Source: an uncultured delta proteobacterium
GTDB taxonomy: Bacteria > Desulfobacterota > Binatia > UBA9968
NCBI GenBank assembly: GCA_963728565.1
Contig: CAVSLC010000009.1
Coordinates: 71,111-135,110 of the forward strand
DNA length: 64,000 nucleotides
Reading direction: 5' to 3'
The notes under the pieces are model-generated. The model had not been told where the DNA came from, made no database searches, and was given only the letters and a program-made list of their open reading frames with translations. Positions 63,530-64,000 of the stretch are shown here, one piece after another. The translations under genes and the position numbers were made by a program. Within the stretch, counting starts at the first letter, position 1; each line of letters begins with the position of its first letter.

Positions 63530-64000
63530 CTGCTTCACGACCAACTTGTTCGTCGATGAAATAAGCAGATGCTACCTCCAAGAGCGAAATCGATGCGGTG
63601 AGGGCGGCAAAGCCGAGGAGAATGAAAATCCCCGGAGCAACCCAATAACCTCCCGGCAGTTGAGCAAGGCGATGGGCGGCATGCGAAAGATCAACCCTGG
63701 GCCGGCGCCGCGCTCAAGACCAAAGTTAAACGCCAGCGAAAAACGACCAAGTGGGCAAGAACTGCGACAAATGTATCGCCGGCCGCGATGAAAACGTCGA
63801 ACTAACCAATTGCTTCGCCGGGAAAGATAACTCCCATCAGCAATCATCGTCCCCCATTCCGAGGCTCAAAGAGAAAAGTGCCTGCCCAAGCGCTTGCAGT
63901 ACGGCGGTGGGACCGATGTTTGCCACTGCGGGCGCAGCAGGAATTCAAGTCCCGAAGCTGCGCCGCTGGTTTGCAGCGCATAGATCGACAAAACTATCAG
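63530..64000 (-). pseudogene. Degraded sodium-dependent transporter (NSS/SNF family)
   Basis: Manual translation gives GLEFLLRP.W, ALGQALFSLSLGMGTMI..GSY, GPGLIF and FAALTASISLLEV across several frames. Confidence 0.75.

Overview
64-kb bacterial chromosomal window. The many orphan solute-binding proteins, TTT transporters, class III CoA-transferases and ExeA-like ATPases suggest a Deltaproteobacteria-like soil organism such as Candidatus Binatia (inference only). It contains two tripartite tricarboxylate transporter (TTT)-linked catabolic clusters (0.9-7.8 kb and 51.9-59.8 kb) and a CoA-transferase pair plus crotonase. A central envelope/stress region holds an MltD-like transglycosylase, three ExeA/GspA-like AAA ATPases each with a different C-terminal domain (SH3-like, LysM+SPOR-like, BON), an MscS/MscK channel, opgGH, lipoproteins and small Cys-rich ORFs. 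That region carries many sigma-54 -24/-12 motifs. An IS1380-family element with a 5-bp target duplication interrupts a zinc-type oxidoreductase, and a Y1/RAYT transposase remnant lies at the left edge. Several dispersed intergenic repeat families are present. Many genes carry isolated small indels, which may be long-read assembly errors. No rRNA, tRNA or CRISPR array was seen.
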